A DNA stretch of 64,000 nucleotides. Origin: Flavobacteriales bacterium. Lineage in GTDB: Bacteria; Bacteroidota; Bacteroidia; Flavobacteriales_F; PHOS-HE28. The DNA is taken from the NCBI GenBank assembly GCA_016704485.1, contig JADJAA010000002.1:239591-303590 (forward strand). Reading direction: 5' to 3'. The translations under genes and the position numbers were made by a program. Under the pieces are notes generated by a model. The model worked only from the letters and a program-made list of their open reading frames with translations. It searched no databases and had not been told where the DNA came from. Shown here piece after piece: positions 8,467 to 16,952 of this stretch. How positions within the stretch are numbered: the first letter of the stretch is position 1; each line of letters starts with the position of its first letter.

Positions 8467-9049
8467 GTGTTCGGCCTATGGTAAGCAAGTATTCAAGCCA
8501 AGCGGAGAGTGGGAGGGAAAGGTCACTACCTTGATAGGGTAGCAGTTCCCTGATTTCCCCAAATGTATCATGGAGTCTATCTACGATTGGATCACTGAAC
8601 AACCAAGCTGTTTGGGCGTGTCGCTTAATAAATGCAAGTGCGGGCTCGTAAGCAAAAGCTTCACGGATGACACTCGGTGTGAACAAGAGCAAGCAATCCG
8701 CTGCTCCGTTGAGGTAGGCTAACCTTTCTTGATTGATAGTGTGTTCCTTCCAAATACCTAGGTTGGTTTGTCCATCAGAAGTAATCTGTAGTAATTCTCC
8801 ATGATCCGTGATGTCACCTATACGTATACAGTAATCCAGTGCATCATCAAGGTTTTTCGAGAACGGCAAGCCTGATGGAGTGGAGCTAAATTCATATTCC
8901 CAATCTGAAACTGGTTTGCCTCCGTACAATGACAGCAGGCAGCTTGCGTAGGCAAGTAGGTGTAACTCTGATCTTGAGAAGCCCCTAACCGTTTGTGTCA
9001 GTCGTGAACCCAGTAGGAGCGAGTCAAAGTATGCTTGCGGACTGGTCAT
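8450..9049 (-). CDS. Hypothetical 199-aa protein (candidate 'middle component'), second gene of operon
   Basis: The ATG at 9047-9049 overlaps the ATPase stop at 9046-9048 (ATGA). No recognisable catalytic motifs. Predicted soluble. Confidence 0.6.
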   Translation of the reverse strand: MTSPQAYFDSLLLGSRLTQTVRGFSRSELHLLAYASCLLSLYGGKPVSDWEYEFSSTPSGLPFSKNLDDALDYCIRIGDITDHGELLQITSDGQTNLGIWKEHTINQERLAYLNGAADCLLLFTPSVIREAFAYEPALAFIKRHAQTAWLFSDPIVDRLHDTFGEIRELLPYQGSDLSLPLSAWLEYLLTIGRTHEHSN

Positions 9050-10989
9050 ATATTTCTGGAGTGTGCGAGTGCATCCAGCGCATTCAAGCGATTCTCAAAT
9101 TCTGCTTCATGCTTCTCTTGCACTTCAGACAGTTCGCGCCACTTATACAGGCGATGGAGTCCAAACCCGAGACTCGATTGCTTCGCAATCTCGGTGAGAA
9201 GTTCAGAAGTGTTGATGTTGGCTGTCATGAAGACAGGGTGTCCGTCATTGGCGAATTCAGCCACCATTTGTCCGGCTTGTGACTCATAAGCTAGATCAAG
9301 ACTGCCTTCTGGTGTATCTATGTAAAGGGGAGCTTTGATGGTATCTGATGAAACGTAGTTAGCTAGCGCCATTCTTAGTGCAATGTCGATGAAGAAGCGC
9401 TGACTTTCGGAGAGGTCATGCTCCGCATGTCGCTGTGTCTTCTTCACTGTTAGCGCCAGAGTAACACTCTTATCGCGCGTTTCGAGTTGGATATCTAAGT
9501 CGACACCCAGAAAGAGATTGGCTAAAGTGTTAAACTTAGGAACAAAGTCTTCCTGAATATTCAGGTATTCTTGCTCTAGCTTTTTTTGTATTTGCTTGTA
9601 AGCTTTAGAAGCTTCGGCACTTTTACTCTTCTGCTTCAAACGCTCCTTATCGATTTCGGCAATAGTTTTCTCATATGCTGCAATGACTTGATCATGATTA
9701 GCGTCCACCGGTCTGCCTCGGTTAACAACATCTCGATTTTGCTCTTCAAAGGCGTCAAGCTCTGTTTGCACAGTTTCAAGTGAACGTACGCGTATGTCAT
9801 TTTCGACATCAAGCTGAGTGATAAGGAGCACACTGGAATCGACACGCTTTTTCTGTTCGGCCAGTTCCTTATCAAGCTCTTTAAGGCGCTGGTGCACAGC
9901 TGCCGGAATGGTAGCCCGGTCAGTTGCAGCTTTGCACAGTGGACAAGTATGCTCCGCAATAGCCTTTTTTACAGGCTCTACAACTGCGATGCCCTCAGTA
10001 CCGCAAATAGCACATTTGTGCTCAATTAGTGCGAGCTGGATTGCGGGTGCGTTCTCTACTGAGTGCTTTGCCGTCACGCGTTCGCTGAACTCGCGTTGGT
10101 AGTCGTTTCGAATGACGGAAGCTCGTGCAGCGCCTTCAGCAAGCGCGAGTTTGGCATCGCGCAATTTGGTTTGAATTATATCGACCTCATTTGATCGTTC
10201 TTTCACTCGGTCAAGGAGTGTCTCAAATTCTTCATATGTGCTTGCCTCATCGTCTACAAGTTCATTCCCGCTGAGTACCTGTCTGAGGCTGTCAAGCCGA
10301 TCTTTTTGCTGTGTCATGTTCCAGCGCAGATTTCGAACCCTTGAATCCGCCTTTTCCATTTCACGTCTCAGTCTTTCCGCATCTGCCCGCTGTTCATTAT
10401 CAATTCCTACAAACAGAAGCAAGCAGGTTTCTAGAACTTTCGGATCCCAAAACAATAAATGACGTCGTTCATCAAAAGTGAGCACGAATGATTGGATGAA
10501 GACAAACTCCTTGAACGTTGAGAGTCCGATGTGCTGAGTTAATACGGCCTGATAATTTGCCTCCCGGTCTTCGGGTGTCATCTCATCAAAGTGCCTGGCA
10601 TCGTTTGTAATGACAAGTGACCGCAGCGCATCAGGTTCATCGAATCCTCGAATTAGCGTAATTGTTCGATCTCCGATTGTGAGTTCAAGTTCGATTTCTG
10701 CAATGTCACGGTCCTCAGGCTGTACACGCCCTTGAAAGTAGTCCTTGGAGAATCTTGAAATATCTCGGTAGTAATCATCAACGGATACGAACTTTTGTCC
10801 TGGGCGTGGAACAACTCCTGTTAGGCCGTAATTGATGATTTGGAAAAATGTAGATTTCCCAAGACCATTGGCCCCTGCAAGGCATGTCGTTCCAGGTTGG
10901 ATTGAAAATTCAATGTGGTCCTGAAGATTGTACAGCGAGAAGTGTGACAGTCGGATCCGGCGCACAATAGGGAAGTTAAGATGCCTCAT
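9046..10989 (-). CDS. Rad50/SMC-like ABC ATPase with coiled-coil insert and CxxC..CxxC zinc-hook-like site, first gene of operon
   Basis: 647 aa. N-terminal Walker A CLAGANGLGKSTF. A ~270-aa helical, charged central region contains KCAICGTEG and HTCPLCK. C-terminal signature-like LSESQRFFIDIALRMAL, Walker B/D-loop PLYIDTPEGSLD, and H-loop candidate NDGHPVF. Confidence 0.8.
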   Translation of the reverse strand: MRHLNFPIVRRIRLSHFSLYNLQDHIEFSIQPGTTCLAGANGLGKSTFFQIINYGLTGVVPRPGQKFVSVDDYYRDISRFSKDYFQGRVQPEDRDIAEIELELTIGDRTITLIRGFDEPDALRSLVITNDARHFDEMTPEDREANYQAVLTQHIGLSTFKEFVFIQSFVLTFDERRHLLFWDPKVLETCLLLFVGIDNEQRADAERLRREMEKADSRVRNLRWNMTQQKDRLDSLRQVLSGNELVDDEASTYEEFETLLDRVKERSNEVDIIQTKLRDAKLALAEGAARASVIRNDYQREFSERVTAKHSVENAPAIQLALIEHKCAICGTEGIAVVEPVKKAIAEHTCPLCKAATDRATIPAAVHQRLKELDKELAEQKKRVDSSVLLITQLDVENDIRVRSLETVQTELDAFEEQNRDVVNRGRPVDANHDQVIAAYEKTIAEIDKERLKQKSKSAEASKAYKQIQKKLEQEYLNIQEDFVPKFNTLANLFLGVDLDIQLETRDKSVTLALTVKKTQRHAEHDLSESQRFFIDIALRMALANYVSSDTIKAPLYIDTPEGSLDLAYESQAGQMVAEFANDGHPVFMTANINTSELLTEIAKQSSLGFGLHRLYKWRELSEVQEKHEAEFENRLNALDALAHSRNI

Positions 10990-11196
10990 GCTTGGTGATT
11001 AGATTGATATTAACCTACTCAATCCTTAGTGTCGATTTGGAATTTGAATAACGCGCGTTCCTTAGCGTTAGGGATTGAGGCGGAAAGCCAGTAGGCGAGG
11101 AGGAACGACGAGTGTAGTTTTGCAGTGGAAAGAGTGCCTCAGAATGAATTTGAGCATGTACCCGCCCAAAGAAACAACAATCCTCACGTTCGCCAT

Positions 11197-11288
11197 CATT
11201 TCTGATCCAACTTCCTAACCATCGTCAAAATAGTAGCAATGGCAATCGTCTCCCCAGTTTCATCCACAACATCAACAAGGAACTTCAC
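11197..11288 (-). pseudogene. Diverged duplicate of the paaZ 3' end (30 codons + stop)
   Basis: Minus-strand translation VKFLVDVVDETGETIAIATILTMVRKLDQK* matches the true C-terminus of the adjacent gene, ...VKFLVDVVDETGETVAIATILTMVRKLDQE*. Many synonymous nucleotide differences. It is in a different frame from the intact gene. Confidence 0.6.
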
Positions 11289-11323
11289 CCCGGGTCGAGG
11301 CCCGGGGCAGGCTCTTAAATGAA

Positions 11324-13390
11324 TCATTCTTGGTCGAGCTTTCTTACCATGGTCAGGATGGTTGCTATTGCGACAGTTTCTCCTGTTTCGTCTACGACGT
11401 CGACCAAGAATTTGACGATTCCTGATGCCACATCCGCACCCTTCGGAGAATCTTCCGTTAGCACTTTCTTCTCCTGATCCACTTTCTCCTTTACGGTGAA
11501 CTTAACCTGGATCGTGGAGCCCGGATAAACAGGTTTTGTAAAGCGCGCTTCTTCGATGCCGTAGTTGAGTAGTACAGGTCCTTTAGGTGGGTCTACGAAG
11601 AGACCCGCTGCTCGCGATAGGATAAAGTAACCGTGTGCCACGCGACCGGTGAAGACAGTTCCGTCGAGGGCGTTCTCGTCCATGTGGGCGTAGAACTTGT
11701 CGCCGCTGAGGTCTGCGAAGTTGTTGATGTCATCCAACGTTACCAAGTGCTTGTCGGTGATCACAGTGTCGCCGATGTTCAGCTCTTCGAAATGCATGCG
11801 GAAGGTGTGCTTCGGCGTGATGTTCTGTTTCGCACCTTGCTGGTACTGTTGTGTCAACGCAGTGATCGTTGTCGGTGATCCTTGGATGGCGGTGCGTTGC
11901 AGGTAGTGCAATACACCACGCTTGCCGCCCATCTCTTCACCACCACCTGCACGTCCGGGGCCGCCGTGTACCAATGTTGCGAGCGGTGATCCGTGTCCGG
12001 TGTTCTCCTTGGCCATGTCGCGGTTGATCACCAGCATACGTCCGTGGTGACTTGCTGCACCCCACACGAATTGCTGTGCTGCTTTATCGTCGTACGTCGC
12101 AATACTCGCGCAGAGACTGCCTTTGCCGAGTTTGGTAAGTGCTACCGCTTCTTCGATATCGGTGTAGGGCATCAATGTGCTTACCGGTCCAAAGGCTTCG
12201 ATGTTGTGGCACTGTTGGTTCTTCCATGGATCTTTGTTCAGTAGTAGGATCGGACTCATGAATGCACCTTTCTCGGAATCGGCACCGGTCACGTCCACGC
12301 TGTTGGGGTCGCCGTACACCAGCTCGCTGCCTTTCATTAATTCGGCGAGGTTATCGCGCACTTCGTTGCGTTGTGTTTGTCCGGCAAGAGCTCCCATGCG
12401 CACACCTTCTGCGCGCGGATCACCGATCACTGTTCCGCCCAAGCGTTTGCCCAATGCGATCTGCACATCCTCTACCAAGTTCTCTGGAACCATAATGCGT
12501 CGCGCACCGGTGCAGCGTTGGCCGCACTTCAACGTCATTTCCTTTCCCACTTCTTTAATGAAGAGCGAGAACTCTTCGGTATCCGGTGTGGCATCAGGGC
12601 CAAGCACAATGCTGTTCAAGCTATCGGCCTCCATGTTGAAGGGCACACTTTCGGCAATGATCTGCTTGTGCGCTTTCAGCATGCGTCCGGTGGTTGCACT
12701 TCCGGTGAAGGTCACCACATCTTGGCTCTCCACATGATCCAAAAGATCACCGGCGCTGCCTACGATCAATTGGATGGCGCCTTCAGGTAAGATGCCTGAG
12801 GCGACTATCGCCTTCACCATCGCTTCCGTCAAATAACTGGTAACGGTAGCGGGTTTCACCACCGCTGGCATTCCAGCCATCCAGTTCACGGCGCATTTTT
12901 CCAGCATCCCCCAGATCGGGAAATTGAACGCATTGATGTGTACTGCAACACCTTCCTTCGGCACCATGATGTGGTGGCCCATGAAGCTGCCGCCTTTGCT
13001 CGTGAGTACAGGAGGTCCATCCACATAGAACGGCATATTGCCGAGCTGTTTGCGCAAGCTCGCATTGGCAAAAACGTTTCCGATCCCGCCTTCAATATCC
13101 ACCCAACTATCAGCCTTGGTCGCACCGGTGCGGTAACTGATCTGGTAGAACTCCTCCTTGCGATCCATCAAATACATGGCGAGTGCTTTCAGCATTCTGC
13201 CGCGTTCCGGGAAGGTCATTTTGCGCAGCGTTGGTCCACCGGTTTCGCGTGCGTAGTTCAGCATCGCGCCAAAATCCAGACCACCGCTACTGGTTGTTGC
13301 GATGAGTTCGCCGGTGCTGGCGTCCGTGAGTTCGGTTTGTTTTCCGGATCCTTTCACCCAGGTTCCAGCGATATAATTTTCGAGTTGCAT
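11324..13390 (-). CDS. paaZ: PaaZ-like bifunctional aldehyde dehydrogenase / MaoC-type enoyl-CoA hydratase
   Basis: 688 aa. N-terminal ALDH features (FTGSATTG, catalytic CGQRCTGARR) and a C-terminal hot-dog MaoC-like domain. Length matches PaaZ. Confidence 0.75.
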   Translation of the reverse strand: MQLENYIAGTWVKGSGKQTELTDASTGELIATTSSGGLDFGAMLNYARETGGPTLRKMTFPERGRMLKALAMYLMDRKEEFYQISYRTGATKADSWVDIEGGIGNVFANASLRKQLGNMPFYVDGPPVLTSKGGSFMGHHIMVPKEGVAVHINAFNFPIWGMLEKCAVNWMAGMPAVVKPATVTSYLTEAMVKAIVASGILPEGAIQLIVGSAGDLLDHVESQDVVTFTGSATTGRMLKAHKQIIAESVPFNMEADSLNSIVLGPDATPDTEEFSLFIKEVGKEMTLKCGQRCTGARRIMVPENLVEDVQIALGKRLGGTVIGDPRAEGVRMGALAGQTQRNEVRDNLAELMKGSELVYGDPNSVDVTGADSEKGAFMSPILLLNKDPWKNQQCHNIEAFGPVSTLMPYTDIEEAVALTKLGKGSLCASIATYDDKAAQQFVWGAASHHGRMLVINRDMAKENTGHGSPLATLVHGGPGRAGGGEEMGGKRGVLHYLQRTAIQGSPTTITALTQQYQQGAKQNITPKHTFRMHFEELNIGDTVITDKHLVTLDDINNFADLSGDKFYAHMDENALDGTVFTGRVAHGYFILSRAAGLFVDPPKGPVLLNYGIEEARFTKPVYPGSTIQVKFTVKEKVDQEKKVLTEDSPKGADVASGIVKFLVDVVDETGETVAIATILTMVRKLDQE

Positions 13391-13507
13391 AGGGGCGAAG
13401 TTCGAGAATTATGTGCTCAAGGTTGGCTTAACTTTATAATTGAGCCTTGTGAATTGTGTCTTGTTTCTTCCGCGTAGCGGCATCCCAATAGCAGGCTGCG
13501 TAAAAGT

Positions 13508-14734
13508 TCACCGCACGAACACCTTCCCCTTCATAACCGTTCCCTCGATGTCGATGAGGGTCCAGAACATTAGTCCGGCAGGGCTGGCGACATACTCAGT
13601 TGAACTGTTGATCCGATCCTTGGAATGCATTCTTCCTTGCAGATCGAACAGGGTGAGCGTGCCTCCTCCTTGTACACCATGCACCTCAACCACTCCAGGC
13701 GCACCAGCTATCACAGTGTACTGCGATCCCGGATCTTGATCATCCACATTGACCGCGAAATTGAACGTGAAGTTTGCGGTATCGGTATTGCCACAGGGGT
13801 CATTGTAGATATGCGTGGCGAAGTACGTATCCGATGTCGGGAACGTGAACGTGGCCGTTGCAGTAGTGAACGATTCGCCATTGGTACAGGTCCAGAGGTG
13901 CGTGCCTTGCCCGTAGTGGATCAGGGTGATGAAGTCGGGTCCATTGATGAAGCCATCGAGTAGGGCATTGGTTCCATTCGGTTCGTCGAGATTCCAAGTG
14001 CCAATATCATCTAGAACCGTGGCGCTGGCTATACTGCGAAGGATCGCCGCCGTCTCCGGTAGAAGTGTTGAATTGAATGTTGCGTCAACACAACTTACTT
14101 GGAAAAAGGTGCAATAGAACACGCATGCCGCGAGGTAGGTGCCTTCCACGGAAGGATGGGATCCATCAGCATCGTACAGGTTGATGAGCGGGTACGTATC
14201 GCGCACTTGTTTCCACGCTGCCCCGACGGGTGCGGTGTGTGCATCGTTCCAAGTGGCGAGTGACACATAGTTGTTCCTCAATGCCTGTTGCATACCGTTG
14301 TAAGTACACATGAAAGGGAAGGCGGCACAATTGTCGGGATCGCCGTTCTGCCTGCCCCAGGTCATGTAAAAGACGGGATAGGTGCATTCGTAATTCTCTT
14401 CGATCGTCGCCATCAGCTGGATCGCGGCGATCTCCGTAGTGGTGACATCCGCAGGCAATGCACCCAATTGACTTTGTTCCTGCATCACCACGAAATCCCA
14501 CGAGTTCGACTCTATCGCTGTGATCGTAGGCGCATACGTGGAATGTTGGAACAACGTGTACCCGCCTGGTGCCGAACTCGCAACGGTAATGTCCTCCCCT
14601 AGGGAGAGGGCAAGTTGCTGCGTCATACTCGGCAGGTCGTTCACATACGTGTAGCTATTGCCGATGAAGAGAACCGAGGTCTGCCCATGGACGTGCAATA
14701 CGGAAAGGATCAGGAGGATAAAAAGACCGCGCAT
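13508..14734 (-). CDS. Secreted SGNH/GDSL-like hydrolase (tentative) with T9SS C-terminal sorting domain
   Basis: Start moved to the internal ATG giving signal peptide MRGLFILLILSVLHVHGQ. VLFIGNSYTY is a near-N-terminal nucleophile motif. C-terminus TLTLFDLQGRMHS...GLMFWTLIDIEGTVMKGKVFVR is a Por-type CTD. Confidence 0.5.
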   Translation of the reverse strand: MRGLFILLILSVLHVHGQTSVLFIGNSYTYVNDLPSMTQQLALSLGEDITVASSAPGGYTLFQHSTYAPTITAIESNSWDFVVMQEQSQLGALPADVTTTEIAAIQLMATIEENYECTYPVFYMTWGRQNGDPDNCAAFPFMCTYNGMQQALRNNYVSLATWNDAHTAPVGAAWKQVRDTYPLINLYDADGSHPSVEGTYLAACVFYCTFFQVSCVDATFNSTLLPETAAILRSIASATVLDDIGTWNLDEPNGTNALLDGFINGPDFITLIHYGQGTHLWTCTNGESFTTATATFTFPTSDTYFATHIYNDPCGNTDTANFTFNFAVNVDDQDPGSQYTVIAGAPGVVEVHGVQGGGTLTLFDLQGRMHSKDRINSSTEYVASPAGLMFWTLIDIEGTVMKGKVFVR

Positions 14735-15034
14735 TGTGTAAAAATAGCGCATCGTACCAACATGTTGACCCAACCATAGGATCATGCATCGCGTAGTGCG
14801 CGAGTGATTACAGCTTGAGAAACTCGCTGCGCAGCGCAAATAATGGATAACCGCGTTGAAGAAGCGCGAGATCATAATGTGAAGGCTCTTTCTTTTTTCA
14901 ATTAGTTCGTTGGATGCGTTCATGTGAATGCGAGCTTACATTGCAAGTTGCAAGAACCAACAGTTCCGATCACTGCTTATTGTCAGGATTTATGTAACGG
15001 CGACACCGCAAGGTTCGAAAGGCGATTCACAGTA

Positions 15035-15727
15035 ATGCTGAGTATCATCATCCCCACATACAGTGAAGAAGGCTACATCGGAAGAACGTTGATCGCGCTT
15101 CGCAGTTGCGCGGGCATTGAACAGTGCGAAGTGTTGGTAGTGGATGGAGGTAGCACCGATGGCACGGTGCGAGAAGTAGAAGGATTGGGTATTCCTGTAG
15201 TGCATTCACTCAAGGGGCGCGCTGTGCAGATGAATGCCGGAGCTGCCAACGCATTGGGTGATACGTTCTACTTTCTACATGCCGAAAGCGTTCCACCGCC
15301 GGACTTTGTTGCTGAGATCTCTGTCGCACTTGCGGAAGGTGCGGCGGCCGGATGTTTCCGCTTGGGCTTCGACCATGACCATTGGTTCTTACGTTTCAAC
15401 TGTTGGTTCACGCGCTTTGATGTGAATGCATTCCGCTATGGAGATCAAAGCCTTTTTGTTACTAAGGAAGCTTTTGATCGGATCGGAGGTTTTAAGGAAG
15501 AACTGATCGTTTTTGAGGACAACGACATTGTTTGTCGCTTAAAACAAAAGGGTCGTTTTCGAGTGCTAAGTGGGATTGTGCGTACCAGTGCGCGCAAGTA
15601 TGTTCTGAATGGCGTTCACCGAATGCAGTGGATATTTTATTACATGTTCTTGCTCTACAAAATGGGTTGTTCGCAGGATAGGCTCGTTCGCAGCTATCGG
15701 CGTTTGATCAAGCAGGATAAAATTTGA
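15035..15727 (+). CDS. Family 2 glycosyltransferase
   Basis: Start moved to the ATG at 15035 (MLSIIIPTYSEEGYIGRTL, with the GT2 'IIIPTYN'-like motif). DGGSTDGT follows. The track ORF from 14924 begins with a non-ATG codon. Confidence 0.75.
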   Translation: MLSIIIPTYSEEGYIGRTLIALRSCAGIEQCEVLVVDGGSTDGTVREVEGLGIPVVHSLKGRAVQMNAGAANALGDTFYFLHAESVPPPDFVAEISVALAEGAAAGCFRLGFDHDHWFLRFNCWFTRFDVNAFRYGDQSLFVTKEAFDRIGGFKEELIVFEDNDIVCRLKQKGRFRVLSGIVRTSARKYVLNGVHRMQWIFYYMFLLYKMGCSQDRLVRSYRRLIKQDKI

Positions 15728-15980
15728 ACGGGTTGTGAATACATCCATGAGCGAGAATTGTACAGTTGATTGCTGATCTAGATCCTGTGATATGGCCTCC
15801 TTTCTTCTTTTTAGTTGAGGTGTTTTCGAAAAGCTATTAAGATGGATAGCATTGAATGGAAGACGCTGACTACTTGCATCCGAACAGAACTAACTTCGAA
15901 TGACCACACGTGGTGTGATCCTACCGGTTATGTAATGCACGTGACAAAGTTCATGATCGATCATCATCTTTGAGGGCAAA

Positions 15981-16952
15981 TTGGCCTTGATCGTGTCAGT
16001 ACCAGTATTTCCCACCACATTAGTGCGTTTGCGTCTTACCCAACTCCGCCGGGCTTATCCCGGATGGTGGGTCGTGCTCTTGGCGATTGCAATTATCGCG
16101 ATACCGATCGTCGTGGAAAAGTTGGTAGTGAGCGATTCCAACATGCGCTATTATTTGAGTGGTGCATTTCTATTGGCCGTGGTTGGCTGGCACCAGCGTC
16201 GACCTGACCTCCGATTCGTTCGCAAGCATATCGCACAACCGAATGGATCGTTGATGCTCGAGTATCTGTTGTTGGCGTTGCCGGTCATGATCGGTTTTGG
16301 GATGGCAAACGCTTGGGTTGAAGTTGGTGCTGTATTGTTCGGCATGATCGCACTTGTCTTCATGCCGGTCATGGATCCTGTAGGAACCCATATGCGTTGG
16401 TTGCGTTCCCGCATTCCTGCTTTGTTGTTCGAAATGAAGGCGGGGCTGCAGCGCACATATCCGTTCGCATTTGTGATCTGGGTTTTGGCACTAGCGTTCT
16501 GTTGGTTACCGGCATTGCCCTTGTTCCTAACATGGGTCCTTACAATGATCATGGCCTCGCAGTTCGAAGAGTGCGAATCGCGCGCAATGCTCTTGGTCAC
16601 TGCATCGGATGCGCGGAGTATCTTGAATAAGAAGATCGCGGGTTCATTGAAGATCATGTTGCTGATCATGGCTCCGGTATTGATCGCAGCAACGATCGCG
16701 CGTCCGGAGTGGTGGTGGATCCATGGCCTGTTCGGACTTGGTCAATTGAGTGTGATCGCGTTGGCGGTGATCCTCAAGTACAAAGAATACATTCCCAATG
16801 AGCGGCTCACCGCGAATGGCGCGACCATTGCCATTGGTGCAGTGTTCGCATTGTTGCCGGGTCTTTTTTTGTTGCCGCTTTTAATGGCGCTTACCGATCG
16901 ACGTAAAGCGCTCGAGAACCTCGATCTATATTTTCATGCTACAGATCACTGA
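15981..16952 (+). CDS. Polytopic membrane protein (putative permease partner of downstream ABC ATPase)
   Basis: 323 aa, multiple hydrophobic helices. Its 3' end overlaps the next gene by 17 bp. Confidence 0.55.
   Translation: MALIVSVPVFPTTLVRLRLTQLRRAYPGWWVVLLAIAIIAIPIVVEKLVVSDSNMRYYLSGAFLLAVVGWHQRRPDLRFVRKHIAQPNGSLMLEYLLLALPVMIGFGMANAWVEVGAVLFGMIALVFMPVMDPVGTHMRWLRSRIPALLFEMKAGLQRTYPFAFVIWVLALAFCWLPALPLFLTWVLTMIMASQFEECESRAMLLVTASDARSILNKKIAGSLKIMLLIMAPVLIAATIARPEWWWIHGLFGLGQLSVIALAVILKYKEYIPNERLTANGATIAIGAVFALLPGLFLLPLLMALTDRRKALENLDLYFHATDH

Noticed and set aside
7533-10462. Short plus-strand ORFs inside the defence operon (e.g. 8995-9289, 9586-10102, 10238-10462)
   Set aside because: They are antisense to long, motif-bearing minus-strand genes.
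11288-11307. GC palindrome as a definite attachment (att) site
   Set aside because: It is a single copy in the window. It could equally be a simple terminator hairpin for paaZ. It is reported only as a hypothesis.
14921-14926. Head-to-head 'MNAS…' ORF starts on both strands at 14923/14924
   Set aside because: The ORF track reports some TTG/GTG-type starts as M, and the gamma-CA gene's track start at 41118-41120 was confirmed to be TTG. At this site, both genes have convincing internal ATG starts with signal-peptide or GT2 N-termini at 14734 and 15035.
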